A DNA stretch of 63,976 nucleotides, the filler included, from Octopus bimaculoides (Eukaryota): the NCBI RefSeq assembly GCF_001194135.2. It is 8 parts of 8 records of this genome, joined end to end, with 100 filler letters (N's around TTAATTAATTAA, not from the genome) between each part and the next. Parts side by side here need not be neighbours in the genome. Positions count along the whole stretch, not along the records: positions 36,169 to 39,740 come from NC_068990.1; positions 39,841 to 46,849 come from NC_068993.1; positions 46,950 to 57,538 come from NC_068995.1; 5 more parts are not named here. One strand, written 5' to 3'. This document shows positions 38,277 through 52,879 of this stretch, one piece after another (within the stretch, counting starts at the first letter, position 1; each line of letters starts with the position of its first letter). The notes beneath the pieces are model-generated. The model was not told where the DNA came from. It searched no databases and was given only the letters and a program-made list of their open reading frames with translations. Position numbers and translations under genes: made by a program.

Positions 38277-38569
38277 CACTTTGTTATACTGCAGGGAACT
38301 ACTAAATTGTCTGTGCTTCTCTTCAAGCCCCTTAATTTCTAATCTTGTGTCAAACACAGAAATCAATATTGTGTTACAATTAATTTGAAAAGCCCAAAAC
38401 AAAAGTCATTTAAGTAAACAACATCAAATGCATAATGGAGTGTCTCTGTATAAGGTTAAGGTGACTTACAAGGTTTCGCTGGGAAAAGCATGCGCGCGTG
38501 TATGTCAGTGTGTATATGCGTAAGCGGTTGTATGCATGCGTGTTTGTGCGCGTAATCATACATACATAC

Positions 38570-38606
<37 letters not shown>

Positions 38607-38668
38607 TATATAGACACATACACATGCATATATTCACTCACACTGATACAAGCATATACATAGATACG

Positions 38669-38735
<67 letters not shown>

Positions 38736-38823
38736 GAGAATATACAAATAATAACAACAGACGAGGACAGGTGGTGTAAATAACAAAAGGATATATTAGT
38801 ATGACGCTCGGGAATACGGAAAG

Positions 38824-38860
38824 TCTTTGACGTTTCGAGCTACGCTCTTCAACAGAAAGA
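38824..38860 (-). ncRNA. Minimal hammerhead-like motif with a CUGUUGA core variant
   Basis: Minus strand: TCTTT-CTGTTGA-A-GAGC-GTA-GCTC-GAAAC-GTC-AAAGA, with perfect stems I and II. A degenerate relative lies at 46337-46375. Confidence 0.5.
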
Positions 38861-39084
38861 ATACGGAGACAAGGAGAAAAACACGGAAAAAAAAAATTGA
38901 ATAGTGTTCAGTCAACGGTCAATCATAATATATACATGCATATATACATGGAATATATGTGCATGGATTGGTGCGCATATCTGTGTGTGCATACACACAC
39001 ATATACACGTTCGTGTACGTAAGTATTTGTGTTTTGTTTGTATGTATATTTAAAGCATAGAACGCGCGTGCTGCATGCAGATAC

Positions 39085-39156
<72 letters not shown>

Positions 39157-39349
39157 GAGACAGAGAGAGAGATACAGACAGACAGACAGACAGACAGACA
39201 GTGCTAATGTCACATACCGAAGCTTGCACATCCGCAATTATTACTTTTACATCCACCATCGCTACCGCCACCACCACCTTCGCCGCTGACCTTGGGGTTG
39301 GGGAGCGAAACATCAAAACTAGGACCATATATCATTATCCCTCTCACAA

Positions 39350-39740
39350 CTAAGGTAGTGAGCTGGTAGAATCGTTAGCACGCCGGGCGAAATGCTTAGT
39401 GGTATTTCGTCTGCCGTTATGTTCTGAGTTCAAATTCCGCCGAGGTCGACTTTGCCTTTCATCCTTTCGGGGTCGATAAATTAAGCACTAATTGCTTACT
39501 GGGGTCGAAGTAATCGATTCGGGGGGCGATAAATTAAGTACCAGTTGCGTACTGGGTCGAAGTAATCAATTCGGGGTCGATAAATTAAGTACCAGTTGCG
39601 TACTGGGGTCGAAGTAATCAATTCGGGGTCGATAAATTAAGAACCAGTTGCGTACTGGGGCTGATGAATTGAGTACCAGTTGCGTACTGGGGTCAAACTA
39701 ATCGATACGGGGTCGATATGTTAAGTACCAGTTGCGTACT
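39350..39740 (+). mobile_element. tRNA-derived SINE with a tandemly amplified ~50-bp tail
   Basis: A/B-box-like head (gagctggtagaatcg..gagttcaaattc) followed by about six copies of ggggtcgataaattaagtaccagttgcgtact-type units running into a gap. Confidence 0.7.
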
Positions 39741-39961
39741 NNNNNNNNNNNNNNNNNNNNNNNNNNNNNNNNNNNNNNNNNNNNTTAATTAATTAANNNN
39801 NNNNNNNNNNNNNNNNNNNNNNNNNNNNNNNNNNNNNNNNATCTATACATATATATACATCTACACATATGTATACATATACATGTATGCATATAGATCT
39901 ATCTATCTATATATATATCTATACATATACGTGTACATATACATCTATATGTATACATATA

Positions 39962-40004
<43 letters not shown>

Positions 40005-40134
40005 GAAAGTATCTGTCATTACAGTATCGAAATGGTGTACATATACATCTATATGTATACATATACATCTCTCTCTCTCTCTCTCTCTTTCACTCTCTCT
40101 TTCTCTCTTTCTTTCTCTCTCTTTCTCTTTCTCT

Positions 40135-40449
40135 CTCTCTGAAAGTATCTGTCATTACAGTATCGAATTGTGATTGTTTCAGTTAGTGGAATAGTTTCAT
40201 TTTTAAGGTGAAAGTATTTGACATGAGTGTTTTTGTTTCACTTTTGACACGTAATACTTAAATAGTGGAGGAGATATTATGTTGCCGTGGGCTCGAACTC
40301 TGCAAGAAGTTAATAATTTTTTTTGACTAAAACACAACTGGAACCCTAAGTAAGGCATGTGTAAAATTTGAATGAAATTGGTTGCGTAGTTCTCAAGTTT
40401 TAGGGATTCACACACACAGACAGACATTCTCATTTTTATATATATAGAT
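40135..40449 (+). mobile_element. Dispersed repeat, Lep1/Helitron-like terminus (copy 1)
   Basis: Near-identical to 45361-45672. Ends aaatttgaatgaaattgg..cagacagac..tttatatatatagat. Confidence 0.5.
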
Positions 40450-40499
40450 GGTGTCTTTGCAGGGCAAATTGTTAGATATTATAGTACTAGTATTCATAA

Positions 40500-41590
40500 T
40501 GCTAATAAATTTTTGAAAAGAATAAATAAGCTGTTAAGATATTTAGTAAAACAAGGGTATAAATATGGTAAATTGGTTCAAACTTTTAACCACTATTTAG
40601 GTGGGAAACTTGAAATTCTAAATAAATATGGGGTAATATCTAGTCTTCTGATTAGCAAATATTTGTAAGGATTTGGAAGGTTTACAGTTCGAGTTATTTG
40701 CTTACTACATCACCAATATTGAGACAATTGAGGAAGTAGTAATTACACCCTACGTCATTAATATTTTGTTGGCTCTTTACATTCTTTGGTGATGGAACCA
40801 CGTGTCTGATTAAACATTTCTTTTAAACAGTTTTAATTATCTTTTAAACATAGCAACGTTTATAATAATAGTTGATTATAAGTATTTTTATTAGTTTTTT
40901 AGTTAATGAAATTTAATGTTTATATTAGTTACTGGTAATTTAATATTATAGCTTGTAGTGGTGATATATTAACAAGTATGTGGTGTTTTATTTTTAACTT
41001 TTGAATGACGAAATGCTGTATTTCACTCAATAAAATATTAGCTTTCATTATAGTCGTATCTATTGAAGACTGGTGGGATTACTATTTGTATGGACTTAAA
41101 GATTGGTCGCAATTTAGCATATAATTTAGTTATTGCTGTTCACTATTAATACCGATACAATGTACATTGGTTTATATGTTTCTTTGTTGTAGTTTTATTA
41201 AGGTTAGTGTTTAATCCTGCCTATATATTGATCGATTGAAATAATGTGGTTATTAAGATTTTCTTTTACATTATACTATGGAAGATGGTAGGGATTATAA
41301 TTTTTGTATGACTTAATAGATTTATCGCTGTTTAGCAATGTATTCAGGAGTGGATGTAATTTACTTATTAAATTTATTTATTGATAAGGTTGTACATAGG
41401 GTTAATGTGTGAGAAAGTTGCAGTTTATTTGGTTTGTTTGTTCCCAAGCAACACTTATTTTAGTGCTGTTGATACTGCCAGATTGAATGGTACTGACCAG
41501 GTGTTGAAACCATAATGATATCCATGGGGCAGCTGATGATGAAGGTATGTTGGATTGTTGGTATGGCTGTGAAATAGTATTATAACACAT
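40500..41590 (-). mobile_element. Possible highly degenerate Penelope-like RT remnant
   Basis: Minus-strand fragments (IISIDQYIG, ETYKP, KLRPI) loosely resemble PLE RT N-terminal motifs; many stops. Confidence 0.25.
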
Positions 41591-41602
41591 CCTTTTGATA
41601 TA

Positions 41603-41653
<51 letters not shown>

Positions 41654-43429
41654 GATGGGTTTCTTTCAGTTTCCATCAACCAAATTCACTCACAAGGCTT
41701 ATGAGGGTATAGTAGAAGATGCTTGCCCAAGGTGCCACACAACGTGGTTGAGAAACAAGCTTCTTACCACGCAACCCTGCCTATAATGGTACCAGCTATA
41801 TATTACTTATATATTTGTTTCTTTGAAGAGGAGATACATTGTTCCTAAGTATTTAAGGTTATACTAGAATGGGGGGTATGGTTAGTTTAGTTAGTTTTTT
41901 GAGGCTGAGGATAAAATATTTCTTTTGGTTCATTCCCGTTGAAGACCTAACGGTGCACAAGACACACAAAATAGTGAAAGAGATGAAATATATCTACTCT
42001 TCTATACTATAGTTCATACCATAAAGTACTGCAAGTTATAGAATTGAACAGTGTGGTCCTCAATCATATTTCTTGTTTCAAATTTGTATTTATTTACTTT
42101 TTTAGTGCACCTTGCTACATCTCGCAGTGCATCAACGTGAAAACCACATATGTCCTCATTATTCATATATTACAACAGATGTCATAATATCACAGTCCTG
42201 TGTTATAATCTTTTCCATCATTACTGCCTTATATTAGTCTATATCAACATCATCAACCTTTATTCCTGGGGATACATTGTTTGTATGTGTTTTGTTTTCA
42301 TGCTAGTCATGAATGTGTGGGTCTTAAGATAACAGTTATGTATAATATATGAATTATTTAAGACCTGGGATGCCATTCTTAATAACAAGAACAATTTATT
42401 TATAAATTGCAACCAGGTACCTTTCCATACTCTCTGTTGTATTCTCTCTTACAACCTTGGAATAAGCAAGGAAAATCCATTTCAATGTTATCCTCCTAAG
42501 GTTAACAGGATAGTCAAGGGTTTACTCTTTTAATTAATTATATAAAGGAATTGAGAAGGGATTAGAAGGACAAAAGTAATTAGGAAAATATTCATTAGCA
42601 TAGTCTCCAAATGGTGCTTTGATCAAATCTAAAAAGTCTTTGATCATAGATCTGCTTGGTCTGAGTTAACCTGGGGCTAAACAGTAATAACAAGAAATCA
42701 GAGAGATTATTGAGTGAGAAATCCATGGCTAAGCTGACTGAAAGGAGACCTCGGAGAAGACCAAAAAGAAAATAGTTAAATAATATCTATAGTCTCAGTT
42801 GTTTATGTTAAGGAATCCAGCAGGAAAGTGTGATGACAATTACTTTTGATAGGACCCTATGGAGGAGGTATCTGGGGACTCAACACTCACAACCTTACCA
42901 AGAATAGTTGGCAGAAAAATGGATGAATGGGTAGATGGATGGAATCCCTGAATATAACTTATCTGGAATATAAACATTATAAGTTACTGTAAATCTACAA
43001 ACTTGTTTAAAACCAAAAATCTGCTTAAATATCCTTTGTCAGTTGAAGTTTGATTATTTTAGTGCTGTTGTTGGTATGCATATATTCTCACTGCACTGAA
43101 AAATATTCTGCATATTTATGCATACAGCAAGTTTTTCCATGCAATTCAGATGATGCAACTTTTCATAGAGAATATAAAAGGAATTTAAATAATAAATTAA
43201 TAAAAAGAATTCATTTCCTTCCTGGCCATTATATTATATATTATGAATATGGCTGATGTGCATTGTTTTTGTTATCCATGAAAATACTAAATTTAGCTTA
43301 TTATATATACAACAGCTGTGTTGAAAGGGTAATAAGCAATGCAATAGTTGTACTACTCACAAGTTATTACATAACAGCTGTGCTACTATTGCTCTCTTAC
43401 AAACTATATTATTAGCATCATCATCATCA

Positions 43430-44090
43430 TCATCGTTTAACGTCCGCTTTCCATGCTAGCATGGGTTGGACGATTTGACTGAGGACTGGTGAACCAGACT
43501 GAGGACTGGTGAACTGCTACACCAGGCTCCAATCTGATTTGGCAGAGTTTCTACAGCTGGATGCCCTTCCTAATGCCAACCATTCCGAAAGTGTAGTGGG
43601 TGCTTTTATGTGCCACCGGCATGAAGGCCAATCAGGAGGTACTGGCAATGGCCATGCTCGAAATGGTGTATTTTACATGCTACCTGCACAGGAGCCAGTC
43701 CAGCGGTACTGGCAACGAACTCGCTTGAATGTCTTTTCATGTACCACTGGCACAAGTGCCAGGATGTGACGTTGTTAACGATCACACTTAAATGGTGCTA
43801 TTTACGTGCCACCGGCACGGAAGCCAGACAGCTGGTGCTCTGGCAACGATCATGCTCGGACGGTGCTCTTAGTGATCTACTGGTACAGGTGCCATCACGA
43901 TTTCACTTTCGCTTGCCCCAACAGGTCTTTGTAAGCCAAGTTTAGTGTTCAATGAAGAGACGTTGGCATGGGTGCCAGTCTACAAATTTAGTTCGATTTC
44001 GATTTCACTTGCCTCAACAGGTCTTCGCAAGCGGAGTTTAGTGTCCAATGAAGGAATGTTACGCGTAAGTGGGCTGGCTACATCCCTGTA
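43430..44090 (+). mobile_element. RTE-derived SINE/LINE-end repeat
   Basis: Starts after (CAT)n with cgtttaacgtccgctttccatgctagcatgggttggacg. A related copy lies at ~8790-9030. Confidence 0.5.
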
Positions 44091-44276
44091 GCTATGGTGG
44101 AGCACCACTTTAAAGACTTTTTAATCAAATGAATCAACCCCAGTACTTATATTTTTCTTTTCCTTTAAGCCTGGTACTTATTTTATTGGGTTTTTTGCCA
44201 GACTTTTAAGTTACAAAGATGTAAACATCCCAACACTGCTTGTCTAGTGGTGGTGGAGGACCAAACACTGACACAA

Positions 44277-44322
<46 letters not shown>

Positions 44323-45360
44323 CATCTATCAAATCCACTAACAAGGCTTTGATCAGCCTGGGATCATGTGGTTGGAAAGCAAGCTTCTTACCACACAGCC
44401 ATGCCTGTGCCTATTTTTAGNNNNNNNNNNNNNNNNNNNNNNNNNNNNNNNNNNNNNNNNNNNNNNNNNNNNNNNNNNNNNNNNNNNNNNNNNNNNNNNN
44501 NNNNNNNNNNNNNNNNNNNNNNNNNNNNNNNNNNNNNNNNNNNNNNNNNNNNNNNNNNNNNNNNNNNNNNNNNNNNNNNNNNNNNNNNNNNNNNNNNNNN
44601 NNNNNNNNNNNNNNNNNNNNNNNNNNNNNNNNNNNNNNNNNNNNNNNNNNNNNNNNNNNNNNNNNNNNNNNNNNNNNNNNNNNNNNNNNNNNNNNNNNNN
44701 NNNNNNNNNNNNNNNNNNNNNNNNNNNNNNNNNNNNNNNNNNNNNNNNNNNNNNNNNNNNNNNNNNNNNNNNNNNNNNNNNNNNNNNNNNNNNNNNNNNN
44801 NNNNNNNNNNNNNNNNNNNNNNNNNNNNNNNNNNNNNNNNNNNNNNNNNNNNNNNNNNNNNNNNNNNNNNNNNNNNNNNNNNNNNNNNNNNNNNNNNNNN
44901 NNNNNNNNNNNNNNNNNNNNNNNNNNNNNNNNNNNNNNNNNNNNNNNNNNNNNNNNNNNNNNNNNNNNNNNNNNNNNNNNNNNNNNNNNNNNNNNNNNNN
45001 NNNNNNNNNNNNNNNNNNNNNNNNNNNNNNNNNNNNNNNNNNNNNNNNNNNNNNNNNNNNNNNNNNNNNNNNNNNNNNNNNNNNNNNNNNNNNNNNNNNN
45101 NNNNNNNNNNNNNNNNNNNNNNNNNNNNNNNNNNNNNNNNNNNNNNNNNNNNNNNNNNNNNNNNNNNNNNNNNNNNNNNNNNNNNNNNNNNNNNNNNNNN
45201 NNNNNNNNNNNNNNNNNNNNNNNNNNNNNNNNNNNNNNNNNNNNNNNNNNNNNNNNNNNNNNNNNNNNNNNNNNNNNNNNNNNNNNNNNNNNNNNNNNNN
45301 NNNNNNNNNNNNNNNNNNNNNNNNNNNNNNNNNNNNACATCTCTTTCTCTCTCTTTCTCT

Positions 45361-45672
45361 CTCTCTGAAAGTATCTGTAATTACAGTATCGAAATGTGAT
45401 TGTTTCAGTTAGTAGAATAGTTTCATTTTTAAAGTGAAAGTATTTGACATGAGTGTTTTTGTTTCACTTTTGACATGTAATACTTAAATAGTGGAGGAGA
45501 TATTATGTTGCCGTGGGCTCAAACTCTGCAAGAAGTTAAAATTTTTTTTGACTAAAACACAACTGGAACCCTAAGTAAGGCATGTCTTTGAATGAAATTG
45601 GTTGCGTAGTTCTCGAGTTTTAGGGATTCACACAGACAGACAGACACACATTCTCATTTTTATATATATAGA
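45361..45672 (+). mobile_element. Dispersed repeat, Lep1/Helitron-like terminus (copy 2)
   Basis: Near-identical to 40135-40449. Confidence 0.5.
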
Positions 45673-46417
45673 TGATACTAATAACTGTTACACAATATTT
45701 CTTATTGTTAACATATTATGATAAATTGGTTTTATCATATAACTTTTTTGTACTTCTTATGTCACCAATTGTCACCAGCTGTTAGTGTATAGTATTTCAT
45801 TGATGTGCGATTTTCCTCTTAAGTGTTTCCAATGCCAGTTGCTACCTAATCTCTTGATATTGTTGATGTTTAGCCTTACACCAATGATTCTCAACCATTT
45901 TTTACCTATGGGCCCCTTTGATTCCTGTTTTATTTGGGTTGAGCCTCATAGCTATCCAATGTTTAAAAATCCTAGGCACAGGTATGGCTGTGTGGTCAGA
46001 AGTTTGCTACCCAACCACGTTATATATATATGTATATAGTTATATATATAGATATAGTTTTATATATATATAGAGAGATAGATTATTGTGTGGCACCTTT
46101 GGCTAGTCTCTTCTGCTATAGCCTTGTGAGTGGATTTGGCAGATGGACACTAAAAGAAGCCATGTTTGAAAATATAAGGACACAGATCGGGTCATATAGC
46201 CTGATGATGTCTCCTGGGGCTAAATTACAGTAACAGGATTGCCATGTAAATCTTTACTCCAAAGTACTGTTACTGAATATCTCTTGTTGTGAGATTTAAA
46301 AATAGTAATTTTCTAATTTATAGGGAAGTGAAAAAAGTCTTTAAAGTTTCGAGTCTATGCTCTTCCACAGAAAGGAACACAGAAAGAAACAAGGAGAGAA
46401 AAAATATATATATAACT

Positions 46418-46516
<99 letters not shown>

Positions 46517-48266
46517 GTTATATATATATGTATATAGTTATATATATAGATATAGTTTTATATATATATATAGAGATGACCGCAGCCACTTGGCTAAAAC
46601 ACATAAATAAATAAATAAATAAATATATATATATATATAGATAGATAGACAGAGTTATATATGTATATATATTTATATATAGAGTTATATATAGATATAG
46701 ATAGTTATATATATCGTTAAACGTCCACTAAACGATATATAACTATCTGTATCTATATATAACTTTATATATAATAATTCCCGTAAGGGATTATTAACCG
46801 AGTTTTTTCGTTATTATTTCTATTATTAGATTTATTATTTTTATCTTGTNNNNNNNNNNNNNNNNNNNNNNNNNNNNNNNNNNNNNNNNNNNNTTAATTA
46901 ATTAANNNNNNNNNNNNNNNNNNNNNNNNNNNNNNNNNNNNNNNNNNNNAATATAGTTTTCTTATGAAATAAGAATAATATTTGCAGTTAAAGTCGATTT
47001 CAGGCATTAATCTCCTTTATTTCGCCGGTTTTTACCTCAGTACTTTTTGCTACTGAATATTTGTGCATATAAGTAGCATGGATAGATTATTCTCGCCGAG
47101 ATCTATCATACAAACTAAAATGAAATATAGATTTCTTTAAAAACATATTTGGACTCAAATTCGATTTCAGGTGTATTCTTCCGTTCTTGACCTCACATAT
47201 TTTACTTAAACTTGTTTTCTACCGATGCAATTTTCAAAATGTATAGCTAAAATTTAGCTTAGGATGTGACCAAACTAAAAATGTAATCATCTAATTTGGT
47301 TAACAACTGAATTAGTGACAAAACCTAGAAGTGGTCGCGAATGAGTAATTGCTGACCTTAAGAATATTATTCACATGATATATATATGATATATATATGA
47401 TATATATATATACGGGTTAGTATTTGAGTGTGCATAGTTTGTGTATATGCACCTCTACAACTTTGAATCCACCACAAATGTTAAAGTATGGTGGTGTGTC
47501 TAAGGTGGGTATATTTTAAACGTGCAAGAAACCATGCTACAAAATGTTCCTTGTCTGTGTTCATTATTCCCTGCCAGGTTTGATATAATTATCTTCAGTA
47601 ATTCTGGATACTGGTTACTAAATGTGGCGACCGTTTGATTTTAACGAACATCTTATTGTGGTTGTAATGCATTTTCCTAACTTAGAATGACATCGTTAAT
47701 AAGTCAGTAAACAGTAAAGTAAGTATGGTCCATTTGTATAACATGTTTGACCCATTACATTGAATATCTTCTGTACGTTCTGATATCATTGATCGATCGC
47801 ATCATTAATCAAATGTACATGCAATATCAGTTTCTTTATTATGGCTTACGTATAGAAGATTCAGTGAGAGAAACTATTGCAATTTATTCATCATATACCG
47901 ATATATCATCGATACTTGTAGCGAAAATATGAATAATATATCTCAAAGAAAATACCACAGTGGAGCAATCTACATAATAAATTAGGATATAGAAGGGTCC
48001 TTTACACAAGTAATATAGTGAGTTGAAAAACTTAGATTAATCGAGACTATCCATGCAATTTATAGGTAGTGAGTTTTAATTCTATAATCAAGTTTTAAAA
48101 AATATTTCTGATTTAAAAAACCTTCTGAACTGAAATATTTGGAAAATATAGACAATGCAGGATATCTTGTCTTTAGGCCAACTGCTGAAAGAATTGCTCC
48201 TGTTTTGCCCCTATTAGAATTCCTCAGCAATTCGGTTGGCAAAGCTTATCGGGATCAGTACATATA

Positions 48267-49558
48267 CAGAGTGGACCAGAGAGGACGAACGTTTTTGAAA
48301 TGGCTACTACTCAGCCCCAGGAGGAGGGATATAAGTCCGACAGGTACCATTCGGTCTGTGCTATTATAGCATTTTTTTTCTTTTCAGATAAAGTCATAGC
48401 GCTGTGAACGATGGAGCATCGCGTGTTTGCCCACAACAGTTACGTGAGGAATAAAGAATTTGTTACTGCAATTAAGCGTGAGTTTCGGCGCTACATCAAC
48501 ATACACCGAAATCAGGCTGTTCCTACTCGTAACACAATTTTACGTTGGGTGAATGCACTTCGTACACGAGGTACACTGATGAATAAGAGACCGGTAGGGG
48601 GCGCACGAACGGTACGGACCCCGGGTAGTGTGGAACGCGTCAGACAAGCTTTGATACAGAGTCTAAATTGCTTTGCTGGGAGGCATATCACTGAACTTGT
48701 CATTGGTAATCGATCGGTAAGGCATATTTTGCACGAAGACCTGCATTTCCACCCGTACAAATTGGTCATTGGGCAATATTTGAAACCATGGGACTATGCA
48801 CAACGGCTTAGCTTCGCACGTCATATGGAAGCAATTTTTTAGGCAAATGACAACCTCATTTTGTTATGAAGCTCATTTTCATCTCAGTGTCATGGTGAAT
48901 CAACAGAACTGTCATTATCGGGCTCTTGAAACTCCGAGAGAACTGCACGAAAGACCACTGTACAGCCCAAAAGTGACAGTCTGGTGTGCTGATGGAAAAG
49001 CTGCCGTCATTGGTACTTACTTTTTTGAAGACAATAATGCAAATGATGTTACTCTGAACTCTGAGCGTTACATCGAGATGATAAACAACTTCTTTGTGCC
49101 TGAATTACGACGAAAATATATGCCTATTCGACGTGTGTGGTTTCAGCAGGATGAGATGACGGCCCACGCAGCCAGAACATCAATGAACGCTCTTCCTTCG
49201 CCCTCTCTTCAGGGACCGTCTCATTTCCAGGTTTGCTGACATTTCTTGGCTCCTTCAGTCCCCTGATTTGTCCATGTGTGTTTATTTCTTGTGAGGAAAC
49301 CTCAAGGCAAAGGTGTATGCGCATAACTCCGTACATTGGACAACTTGAAGGACGCTTTTCGCGTGGAAGTCGCCCAAATTGACAGACACAGAGCAATGCT
49401 GGAGTGAGTGGATGTCAACTTTTAAGAACAACTTCAGAAATGCATCTGACAAATTCCAATTCAATATGAACACATTGATGTCAATAAAATTTGTTAGCAG
49501 CTAAAATTAGTGATATTGTGAATTTTTCAAAAACATCCGTCCTCTCTTTCTCACCCTG
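48267..49558 (+). mobile_element. Near full-length decayed Tc1/mariner-superfamily transposon
   Basis: TIRs cagagtggaccagagaggacgaacgtttttgaaa / tttcaaaaacatccgtcctctctttctcaccctg. Frameshifted transposase 48411-49400 with an HTH N-terminus (FRR..N....VPTRNTILRWV), KVTVWC and WFQQD. Confidence 0.85.
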
Positions 49559-49615
49559 TTTATATAAAGAGAGAGAGAGAGAAAGAGAGAGAAGTGAGAG
49601 AGAGAAAGAGAGAGA

Positions 49616-49655
<40 letters not shown>

Positions 49656-51339
49656 CAGGCAGACAGACAGAAAAGGAGAGATAATCAGAGGAGTTGAGGG
49701 AGAGAATGCAGTGATGCTGATCGTGAAGAACAACAATATGACTAATTCTTCAGACGAGTGTTCTACTCACGAGATATAAATGCGATCTTACATATGTTAT
49801 ATGCTGAAAAAAATTTAATTAACTGAGAATATCTATGAGATAATGGCTTTTAGTTAAAACCACCTAGATTTTTATAAGCTTTCAATCCAAAGAACAACTC
49901 TAGTGGGTTGAACTTGTATGTATTTATGGGAGGTTCGAGAGAGCACAGAGGAAAAGTGGTAGCTTATATTCGTTTATCGAACAAGTATTTATGCTTCTAT
50001 TTATCTACCGTTCTAGAAATACTTTTCACTGTAAACCATTGCTACGTTTTATATTACGTAGAATTGTACACTTCGATTCGTGGTTCGTGATTTTCTGAAA
50101 AATAGTATATGCTTTTATCATGACAACATAATCATGACGCTTAATATATACATTTTTTAAAAAGTTATTTCAGGATGACAGATACAGAATTGACTTAACT
50201 TCTGTCTTAGAATGTAAAAACTATATTTTGAATTATCATAATATGCAATATGACTCAATGTAGATTTATGTGTTTAGACAGATATAAAAAAAGAAAGCGA
50301 ATGATAAAATCAAAAGAATTGTGAATTAATCTTAGCCGACACTTTGACAAGAAAATAGGGGAGCTTAGTACGATCCTAATCTTATTCAAGTCGTGCGTTT
50401 ATGTAAAAAAAAATATATTTTTCTAACATTTATCTATGATTGGGAATGGATAAAATAGGCTTTTATAATTTCAAAAAGAAGCTGAAAATCGAATTTTAAT
50501 GTAGGAGACAAACACTAAGGCTCAAGACTGGTTTTCAAATATGGTTTTCAAAATGCGAACTGATGCTGCTTGATTTTAAATTTGAGCATAAGGCTAAGAA
50601 TTCTTCTGAAAGATCCATTAGTCGGTTTTGGTCTTTATCAATACCAAAGGAACACTAGGAACGTAATTGAAAGAGAGAAATGTATTCAAGTTGCAATCTC
50701 GATTAATCTAATTCTTGCAATTTACCAATGTGTTAGAGAATAATCTTGGTTTATTTGATATATCTATTACACTGTGGAACAAAATTATTTTGTGTAAATC
50801 CTATTTGCTTCTATCAAGAAGTCAAAGTTAATGACAACTATTCCTCCCAGAAAGTTGAATATAAACGGTAATAATGGAGTAGAGTGGAATATATGAAGTA
50901 GAATAATCAACGACGAAATGAGGAAAATTAATTCGATCAAAATTTATGAACATAAAACATTGGTTGAACCTTATGAAACAAAGAAGATATGGACCTTCGA
51001 ATACAAAAATTGAAGAGAGCGACTCTCGTTAGTGATTAGAGCACGAATCGAATAATTTAGAGACTAAACTTTATAAATTTTGAAACTTCACTGAGTAAAA
51101 ACTGAAATCAGTGCTCTAATAACCGTGTGAGATCCTTATCATCACGATGATGAAACAGCCAGTATTTGCAGTAAAATCGTTGAAAAATTAGCTTCACAAT
51201 CTTTTTACAGAAAAATGAGTGATTACTGAATGACGCTGCATCACCTTCTTGATACTAGCAGAAACCATACCGAGTTAAAAAAAAAATATTCCCCATCATC
51301 CGTGCAGATCGCACTGGCCGAAATTTAGGAGGGGCAGCA

Positions 51340-52400
51340 ATTTCTCATCATCTTTCTTTTGCCATAGATGTCAAGGACATGTTTTCCAAGGGCTACTATG
51401 AATTCATATCACTACTTCACAAACGTAGTGATATAACCACTGTCGGTCTTTATAGGCTCAAAACACGTCCCTACGAAACTCACAAACACGAGTACAAATA
51501 GGTTCCCATGCGAGGAGAAAGTACTTACCAGGAAAGTTGAAAGATTTGTAAGAATCAACCTCTTAAAATACTACGACCAATAGCATACACACTAAACAGC
51601 AATAAGAATGCTTGATTTGGAAAATATCATCTGCCGATCAGCATGAAAACATATATCAACAACCAAAGAGTTGCAGAGGAAAGCCGCGTATCATAAAACT
51701 CAAACAGGTCTCAACAGTGTTCTCTTCATATGCCAACAGGCATAGGACCACTGTTTCACCAGTTAGTCGTTTGATAAGTGATAACAGCATTCTCCACCAT
51801 GACGCTAAATAAATGGCAGAAGTACTGCAGAAACAATATTGCTCTGTTTTTAGTGATCCCATTAATATTAACGCAAGCGATCTGAACGAACACAATTTCC
51901 AGCATATTATCTCTGAAATAACTTTTACTACATCAGACATCATAGCAGCAGTATATGACATAAACTATTTTATTGCTGTAGTCCTTGATAGATTCCCAGC
52001 TTGTGACTCGATAGAATGCAGATACTAACTTGCATCCCCACCAATCAACCTCTGGAGAATTTTTTAAAACTCGGACCATATACTGAAACAGCTCTTATCC
52101 CAATTTGTCATCCCAGTCTTCAAAAAGGAAACAGGCTTCTTGCAACTAACTCTCACCCAATCTCACTGACCGCCCATATCATCAAAGTGTTTGAAAGGTT
52201 GGTGAGATAAAGGATAACTGACTTCCTGGTGAGCCACAAACTCCTAAATTCCAACTGGCATATTTTTCACTACAGCGGGAACTGCCTAACAAAGCTTTTA
52301 CATCACCTTTATGATGTCCTCAAAGCTTTGGAGTCAGCTTCGAACTCTGATGTCATACGTTTTGACTTCAGGAAAAGCCTTCGACACACCAACATCAGTT
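51340..52400 (+). mobile_element. Degenerate CR1/L2-type LINE RT fragment
   Basis: MAEVLQKQYCSVFS, NSHPISLTAHIIKVFERLVR, CLTKLLHHLYDVLKALE..DVIRFDFRK. Confidence 0.75.
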
Positions 52401-52879
52401 GTCAATCGATGGTGGGGCAACATTTCGTGTTAGGCTCACATGCGGTGAACGTTACCAAAATTTTAGATTCGTGTCAAACATAACAAACTATTCCAAATCA
52501 TTGTTACCGTATTCGAGAAAGTTGAGTCTAGACCCATTAATTTCTACTGGCATCTAGTCATTAAATTTGTAGTTATGAAGTTAAGACAAGTAGTGATATT
52601 TACAAATCAATTAATACGTATGTTTCAGGTTTGCATAATAGAAAATAGGAAATATACCCATTATGTAAACCTTCCTCAGATAAATTATTTCAAAATATGA
52701 AATGTTGATGTAAATGTTTCAATATATATGGTTAATACAGTAAGTCGGCTACTAATTTAGAAGAATGAATATGTGTATTAAGGGGAGAAAAGGGGGAATA
52801 GATCATGGAGAGGGGGAGGAAAGAAGGGAAAAGTAAATAAAGTTGGTAACACCTCAGTGGAATCTAAAAACGTGCGTAT

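Noticed and set aside
39490-39740. CRISPR-like appearance of the repeated units
   Set aside because: Eukaryotic context, no unique spacers, and the units derive from the adjacent SINE.
40500-41590. Possible mitochondrial insertion (very AT- and T/G-rich stretch)
   Set aside because: No recognisable mitochondrial gene motifs; the fragments fit a decayed retroelement better.
42107-42238. Strong polypyrimidine acceptor (tttacttttttag) as a possible constant exon
   Set aside because: The phase-0 translation CTLLHLAVHQ..IITALY* has no resemblance to GRL C-termini; unsupported without transcript data.
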